DNA of 64,000 nt, taken from contig CM035361.1 of assembly GCA_020137815.1 (NCBI GenBank), forward strand, positions 1,178,001-1,242,000, read 5' to 3'. The notes below the pieces were generated by a model, which saw nothing but the letters and a program-made list of their open reading frames with translations, was not told the origin of the DNA and did not search any database. Source of the DNA: Hormiphora californensis (taxonomy: Eukaryota; Animalia; Ctenophora). This document shows positions 56,601-64,000 of this stretch, one piece after another. The position numbers and the translations under genes were made by a program. Positions within the stretch are counted from its first letter, which is position 1; every line of letters begins with the position of its first letter.

Positions 56601-59380
56601 ACAGTAGGGTGTGCTATTTCAAATTTTTTTCGACTAGCCCATTCAGTATCTAGCTAATGTGAAACTATGGACAATTCTCTATCACATCAGCAAAACAGAA
56701 TCGAGATAGTGTTTGTCAGTTACGTTGGCATCGCGATTTAAAAAGTGTAGTTTTTAACCGAAAAATGGTAAAAACAGGGAAATATGTGTGGTTTTCACCA
56801 GTTTTTGACATGTTCTTGATATCAACTTTTTATGTTCAGGATCGTGTTCAGCACCTCGAAACTGACAAGAATTGATATGCATCATTAGATGATGCTAAAG
56901 TTCATTGTTGACCTAAAAATGTTCATTTTTGACAAAAAATGTTCATTTTTGACAAAAAATGTTCATTTTGGACATGTTCTTAAATTTTGAGAGCTTTTTC
57001 ATGAACGGGATCGTGTTCCGCAGGCCAAAATTAGTCGATTACAACCGAAATTTGCTTTCCACCAAGAAAAAACTAAAAAAAATTAAAATTCGTCCCCACG
57101 ATTCTGCAAGTTGGTAAAGTTAGCAAGAAAAAAAGGGAGAAAAATTTTTATTTTTGTTCATAAAGTGGATATCTGAAGACTCAAACTGAAAGTAACAGTT
57201 GTATAAGTTGTCACGAGACGATTTATATGTGTGTTTTGTTCGAAATCACGCCCTAAAACAGACTTTTTGAAATGAATATGCCCATATATGGGCATAGCTC
57301 GTGCCAACGTAATTGGGCCGTGGTAGAGCCAAAACTTTGTGATAAAATGTTTTAGAATGATCGTAGGAGCTCATTTAACCCGATACCAAGTGAAATTTTG
57401 AACTAAATTAACCATTTGAAAAAATAGCACACCCTACTATACAGTGCTTAATCTTTGCAGAGAGCTATTAACACACTGTGTTGATGTATGATAATATTTA
57501 GACTAATAATATGCAACCTGTCAAGTTAAAATTCAAACCCTTTAGATATTTTAGTGTACGTGGTCTCAATCACTATATCCTTTAATTTATACTTACATGA
57601 GCTTTAACAAAACGCGTACTCGTTGAGTAAACTATAGCAATCCCTGTCATCCTGATTTCTAAAAATCTGACCAATATTGCTGAGTATTTAACAAGCCCAG
57701 TAGTTCATGTCTTACCAAAGTTTCGAATCTGTTTCCCCTCGTTGGTCGAGTCCCCGTCGCAGTTTCCACACAACCCACATACATTCCCCAAAACATCCTC
57801 ATCTAAACATGGTGTTATATTGTTGAGTAAGTGTTATAGATCTGTTAGAAATTATTACCTACATTGATCTAAATGTAGGTATGTTTTATGAAAGTGTAAA
57901 TTAGGTTTATTAAATTGCTAGTCTATAACAGCCGTAAATATAACTGAATGTATAAATACTTCTGAATCTCCGGTCAATAACTCACGTGGGTTTTGTAGGG
58001 TTAATGTCAGAGACATGGCTCCATCATACGTTAACTTCAAACGAGAGTCCTCGATAAAGACAGTCAGGTAGAGTCCATCAAATTTGAGGGAGAGTCCTCC
58101 ACTTAGAGGTACTCGAATGTCCTAAAAACAGGTCGTTATAAACACTTTTTAAATTCTATCATACAGTCATGTAGTTAAAATATTTTCCCCAGCCCGTCTG
58201 CTAAAAGGATCATGGGTACATTTAAATTCTCGTTCAAATTATTCTGAATAGGACACACACCTTTTTGAATGGTACAGGAAGACCTTCCTGACTAACGACC
58301 CATCCTCGACCCACGTGCAAAGCAGATCGGGCTGGACCGGTGCCAGAGAAAATAGAAATATCATCGAGACAACTTCCTGAAACAGTGATCACGTGGTCAC
58401 GTTAAACGCACCAAGGGGAGACCAAGACATAAGTAAGGCACGAGACATATAATTGCTGCAATCATTAATCAATCAAGAGGTAACTTCCTCGCGTCGGCCA
58501 ATATTATTAAAATCTTTTATAAAGAATTTAGTTTTTATAAGGGATGTTTCAGACTAGAAATATCTTGATTACTGGCCGGGTCTCTCCATGTGGCCCCCAG
58601 CAATTTCATAGTTAAGATCAGCGTGGCTGGGAAAAAGTTGACAGAATCTCAGTTGTCACTTGTCAGCCACTTCATCCGTCTCGCCTGCTCAATTCCCTGC
58701 TCTTTCCTGCTTAATTTGCTTCAATTTTTTCAGTTTGTAAAAGAAATATTTTGCAAGCTCACGAGAGAGAGAGAATGCTTCGTATATTGGAGCTGGAGAT
58801 TTGATTATATACTATCCTATTCAGTTTATAACAGGAGTAAAATCAATAAATGCAATCCCTACAAAATATTAATATATGCATAATTTTACAAGGAAGATTG
58901 CTTTTTAACGTACCCTTCCCGCAGCTGGTAAAGCTCCCGTAAACGATCCATTCCAGTCTCTCACAGTCCATTGCGAGGAATGTAGGTGCATGCCCCATCA
59001 AACTTGTAACTCAGACCTATAAAACACATAGTTGAAAGCTGATCTTTATCTGGACATGGGTTTGGTAGCTTGGTGGTATAGCTTCGAGTATGGAGTCCAG
59101 GAACCTTCAGAGAGTCCATACTATGGACTCTCTGAAGGTTCCTGGGTTCCTGGGTTATGTTGAGTTATGTTATTACCAGGAACCGACTGAAACAAGTAAA
59201 CAACCAATCAGAACTCGTTATTTAGGTCACGTGACTGGTTATCAGCCAATCAGGGACCGGTGTTTCCTGATTCGGTCGGTTATTACCATCGAATGTCACT
59301 ACATTTGGGTCCCCATAAACATTGCAAACTTTATTTTCAGCTGCTGCAAAGGCAAGGATTGCCGAGAGAAGAAACAACAT
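50645..59380 (-). CDS. Secreted single von Willebrand factor type D (VWD) domain protein, about 223 aa, with one frameshift in exon 2
   Basis: Exons 59380-59287 (MLFLLSAILAFAAAENKVCNVYGDPNVVTFDG), 59016-58914 (LSYKFDGACTYI/LAMDCERL..., 103 nt = one extra base), 58376-58261, 58121-57986, 57802-57716 (DVLGNVCGLCGNCDGDSTNE), and a probable last exon 50781-50645 (GIPVDDVWRSEMHCPD...VY*). GDP..TFDG and CGLCGN.DG are VWD hallmarks. The last exon is the least certain. Confidence 0.8.
51303..52216. mobile_element. Mariner-type non-autonomous element with long TIRs
   Basis: TA|TTAGGTTGTCCAGTAAATATTTTCGTTTGG...CCAAACGAAAATATTTACTGGACAACCTAA|TA; inverted similarity extends about 190 bp. Confidence 0.88.
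53033..53309. mobile_element. 277-bp almost fully palindromic MITE (PIF/Harbinger-like)
   Basis: GGGTCACCACACACC...GGTGTGTGGTGACCC with the 3-bp flank TAT on both sides. Confidence 0.82.
53481..53652. mobile_element. 172-bp Tc1/mariner/pogo-type MITE, sister subfamily of 25119-25290
   Basis: TA|CAGTCGGACCCCGATTTAGG...CCTAAATCGGGGTCCGACTG|TA; same length as the 25119 copy. Confidence 0.88.
53823..55021. mobile_element. 1.2-kb Tc1/mariner-type element with ~370-bp TIRs and no transposase
   Basis: TA|CAGGGTGTCCCA...TGGGACACCCTG|TA; mirrored ORFs 53862+ and 54737-. Confidence 0.9.
56605..57436. mobile_element. hAT-like non-autonomous element
   Basis: TIR TAGGGTGTGCTATTT...AAATAGCACACCCTA; 8-bp TSD CTATACAG at 56597-56604 and 57437-57444. 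Confidence 0.88.
59177..59280. mobile_element. Short interspersed MITE-like repeat (translates as QEPTETSKQPIRTRYLGHVTGYQPIRD)
   Basis: CAGGAACCGAC...GGTCGGTT inverted ends. I recall it as an abundant Pleurobrachia repeat (memory, unverified). It lies in intron 1 of the VWD gene, right next to the donor. Confidence 0.6.
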
Positions 59381-59431
59381 GTTGAACAAGAAAATTTTGG
59401 AAATAGAAGGACTTTAGGACCATATAGGATG

Positions 59432-59517
<86 letters not shown>

Positions 59518-62084
59518 AGCTGGTTCGAGCCATATGGGTTAAGGGTTAGTGGCCCTTGAAATAATCGTTCTAAATCTTTGCATGCAACTCACTCTGCTGC
59601 AGACCAGGCTGCGAGATTAAATGTGACGTCATATAATGAAGCAACAAACGGACACTGGTATATCAGATATGTCCTGATATGTCCTGATCCAGGAGCCGGT
59701 ATATCGGGGTTTTGGTTTGGGGTTTTGGTTGCTCTGAATACTGTTATAAACAGTCACACGGCCGGTAAATCGTTGTCGAAAAATAAAATCAGTAACTTCC
59801 ACGGAGTTCATTTTTTCTCCTGTCATAAAAGCAGACTAAAGAGTTTTGAAGACACATCATTTCGCAATCCATTACACAGGTATGAGTCGAGTATTTTTAT
59901 CTCGATTTATCATGACCCAATCGTATTTTGACAGGTTATATACTACTGCACAGCAGCACAGGCAGCTTGGCTTCCTTCTCATTTCAACATTTAATGAGAT
60001 TCGCTTTGATCTGAAATTCTCATTTCTCGTATTATCTCAATATTATCTTTCTGTATGGGATGTCATACCAGGTTCTTGTCAGCTGCAGAGAAAACTTTAG
60101 AACATATTCTGATATTGACAGGTGTAGTTTGCAGTAGAAAAAAAAGTAGAATATTCCATAAGTTTGTAGGATAATAGAAATGATGCTCTTTCTTATTCTG
60201 CCGCCAGCATAATAAGAAAGGCTTATTGCACCATCAATTGGACTCCTATAGCTCATTGAGAGGAGTTATTGAGTTAGCCGATCACCGCACAGAAGGTGTA
60301 ATTGTATGAGTTTAACTTGTACGAGCTTCCTCTCTTTAGCCCTATCTCTCTCCCGTTTCGAGTTATATTATACTGCTGTTTGTAACAATTCGAATACTGA
60401 GAATAAGGATCGGTTGATTGTTTATTAGCCGCATATCAGTGAGGAAGTTTTGTTTTCTCCTTCCGGCTGGACAAATTCGAATACTATGTAATAAACTGTA
60501 TATTACAGAGTTGTTTGTTAATTGGCTACGGTGTTCACTAGGTATTCAATGAATCACAACTGTAAAGTGGAAACTTTATGTCTTATGCTTACCTGATATT
60601 ACTTTTTAGTTCTAGGAAAACTATGTAATGAATTACCTAATTTTGACTTTAAAAGCAAAACAAATAAATTACTTAACTCTCTAAGTATTAGATCTTTATT
60701 GTCCTTTGTTCTTCTCTTCCTCTTCTCATGTGACTGCACTTCTTACAGCGTGGTCACTTCCTTTGTTCCCAACTTGTAAAGAGAGCTTACATATGGGAAT
60801 TTAGTTAATTTCCCCCTACTTAAATTATTACCGTTTAGGATTGACTTTGCTTGATTTATGCAGGCGGCTAAAAAGGCCAACTGTTAATGGGGTGATCTCC
60901 AAATGTCGCCATTTTTAATTTGATTCAAAGCCTTTTCTCTGTTCTCTTGTGGAGTTGTGGGGGACACAGCAGGTGCACGGTATAGTATTGGTCGAGTCAT
61001 GATCAGCTTCATCAAAGTATTTTAGTTCATATACCCCACAATCACAAGATTACTGTGCCTTATCAGGTACCCATGAATATGTATATGGGTTTACGTTTTC
61101 CTCCGTCTACAAGGAATTTCTTGGTTTGAATGGTCATTGGTTAACTATGCAATATATGAGTGACCTTATTAAATATTTCATTTTATATAGAAAGGCTATA
61201 TTACAGCTGGACTTTCTAATATTTATGTTCTCGAATCGTTAGCTAGTTCTGGAACTATATGTGCCCAATCTAGAGACCGCAGCCGGGCATGAATCAGAGT
61301 GACGTAATTATAAAGTGGGGGAGGAAATTAAAAGAGGGTGTCAGAGAGAAGAACGAGATAGTATTTTTAGAATGATCCTTGTCAAGATCAAGGTTTCGTT
61401 GCGTTCAGTGCGTGGGATAGCTTATAGATCATATTTAATATTGAGAGGGGTCAGAGCTTGATCCATTTTGACAAATAAAACAGGTCAATATATTGACCTT
61501 TTCCATTTGTCAACTATAGTTCTTGTTAACCATAATTTCTTCGTCCTTCGAAGTTTAGATTTAGTTATAACAGACCATAGAGGGGAGGAATTACCTGGGT
61601 GACAGTGTGACAAGATGAGCCCTTCGCTAGAAACTATAGAACTAGAGAACTAAAAAAAGAGAGAGAGAGAACTAGAAGACTAGGCAGCCTTCTGAAGGCT
61701 CTACGCACTAGGATATATTGAATAGATTGATAGAGGTGGGGAGAGGGACGAGGGAAGAGGGGGGGGGGGGGGGGGGGGGGGAGGGAAGGGCGCGGGATGG
61801 AAAGTATTCGCTTGATATAATGGAAAATAAATGTCATTATTTCCTAAAACCCCTGGAAGCTTCTATCTTTACTTTTACTAAAATGATTAAATATCAAGAT
61901 TAAAACATTAATAATATTCGACTATATTTAAATCGTGTAATTTAGTGTACGTTGACATATTTATGTACTAATGTGTGAACATGAACACTGTCCAGGGGTT
62001 ATGACCACGTCTCAACAGTGACCAATCTACGAGATGACGATATGGTATGTACGAAGTAGTGAGAGCATGAAAGATGCATGAGTC

Positions 62085-62123
<39 letters not shown>

Positions 62124-64000
62124 GGTCATGGGTATTGCAGTGATATTTCGCAACATGGGTGGTGCTTCTGTCATTGCACGGGGATCTTTCATGAAGATTT
62201 GTCAAACTGAACGTTCCCAGAAAGAAAGAGTTTTATGTCAACTAAATGCAAGCTCTCATCACCCCCCGGGATACCACCCACGTTGCAAAGTGCAAACTGC
62301 CTCGAATCTAAACCATATATATAACCATGACCCATCAGCTCTATAATTGATCATCGTGTGACGCTGAGAAAGTGCCACCACAATGATAAATTGATCCTGT
62401 ATAATATCATAACAATCTGAGGGACTTAGTGAGTTAGTGGTATATAGCTCCGAGCATGTCTCTCTCGAGGTCCAGTATTTTTCGATTTTGTTCCCTATTT
62501 AATTCTTGCTCAGATCTAATTATTCAGAATAATAATCTGACTTGGAGAATGGAAAGTTTTGTATTTCCCAAAAAGGTTTCATGGTTTTGCAACATATCTT
62601 TTGATCCTTTTAAAAGATTTTTGAAGGACTGGTTTGACCGATAAGACGTTGAGCTTGCCAAGTTAGACTGTTTTTATAAAATAAAATAAAAGAGTTTGTA
62701 CAAAACAACGTTGAGCTTGGTTTAATTTTGAAATACCAACTACAGTCACTCCTAGTATAGAATGATATTTGAGTATGACATGACCTGAACTTCCTCCCGT
62801 GAAACCTAGAGAAATAGCTTCCATGGCCGATAGTTAAAACTGATTTGATTCTCAGCTAGTATTATATATAGAGGATATATAATGCGGCTTGTCATCGCAT
62901 ATTGCAGAGCCTGAGAATACTCAAAAAGTTAAAAAAGTATCTTCTAAAATCAGTTTTAAATTGTTCTTTGCTTTTATTTTATACTTGAACTTCAACTTGA
63001 ACTTCGAGCTACGGCACATAATTGCCATGCTACGCAGTCTGTCCATTCGGCCCTTTAAGCGACTTCGGGCTCGCGTAAGCTCACACCGGGCCGAAGGCCC
63101 CGTGTGAGAGCTGACAGACAAGGAACATGTCAAGTACATAGCTAATAAATTATTGATATTCGTCTTCAAGTTAGAGAACGATTCTTACTCTAATTGTTTT
63201 AAAACTATATTGTTGGATTATTCATTTAACATGCACTAGGGTACCATTGATTCGTTTAGTGTGCACGTAGCTTAGATTAACAGATCAAGAGTTGGAAAAG
63301 TTGCATTTCTCGGGGTAACTTTTAATTTACCGCTTATCGAGAAACCAGTTGTGGGATAATATAATAGTCAGGCAACTCAGGCAATATTGGAAACTTTGAG
63401 CTGACACCTCAGTGCTTCTCAAAATATAACATTTCTGTTATGCCGAAGCTGCAGCCTTTCAATTGCACGTAAACTTCATGTACACTGTTCAGAGAGGAAG
63501 CTTTAGTTGATTGTATTTGAAATATAGAACCGTGCTGTACATTTTCCGAACCGTGAACACAGTCTCAATATTCTCTCACTTTTATCATTTATTACACAAT
63601 CTCCTACGTCTTGCAGTAATAACAGCATTGTATCAATATATGTTGTCCCACATTTGATTGAGTAAAATGTTATAGCTTAACCTGGCGGATAGTTGCCAAC
63701 GACCGGTCCCTCTGAATATGAATCTATATAAGGGAAAATATATTGAAAATGTTGCGAATTTCTCAAATATAACTGTCTAGTGTATCTCGTAGCTGACCTG
63801 AAATCTTAGTAAATCGATAGTTCACTATGATATACCAATTGACACCTTATTGAGATTGTGTTCTATTGGACACGTTCATATCTGCTTGGGTGATCACATG
63901 ATTTCAATGCTATTGTAATTAATTGCACATGATCATATATCGATCCTACAATTCCCAACCTGTCTTTTCAACGCAAAACTAGCTCCCATTTTGCGTGAGA

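Noticed and set aside
59880-60340. Possible decayed 7TM-like sequence on the minus strand (YNYTFCAVIG)
   Set aside because: Multiple stops and only a faint resemblance; it cannot be supported without a search.

Overview
Intron-rich, repeat-rich animal genomic DNA, not prokaryotic: there are GT-AG introns, (CT)n/(GA)n microsatellites and many MITEs. Two repeats that translate as QEPTETSKQPIRTRYLGHVTGYQPIRD and QSDPDLPG are ones I recall from Pleurobrachia (ctenophore) gene models, so a cydippid ctenophore is my best guess (from memory, not verified). Most of the window (2601-48550, +) is one ~46 kb multi-exon gene rebuilt by hand from splice sites and intron phases. It is a SORBS/CAP (sorbin-SH3) adaptor with an unusual layout: an N-terminal PDLIM-type PDZ, a SoHo motif, a cluster of alternative phase-1 exons, SH3-1 (garbled at the edge of a corrupted 2.6 kb homopolymer stretch), a ~245 aa E/R single alpha-helix, SH3-2 and SH3-3. 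One of its introns hosts an antisense gene for a secreted protein with two copies of [unrecognised beta-rich domain + Sushi-like]. That gene's own intron holds a MITE, which holds a 4.3 kb foldback element with a 32-bp minisatellite. Downstream on the - strand is a small secreted single-VWD gene with one frameshift, whose last intron is packed with MITEs. No rRNA, tRNA, CRISPR array or transposase ORF could be supported. All gene models are manual and need transcript evidence.
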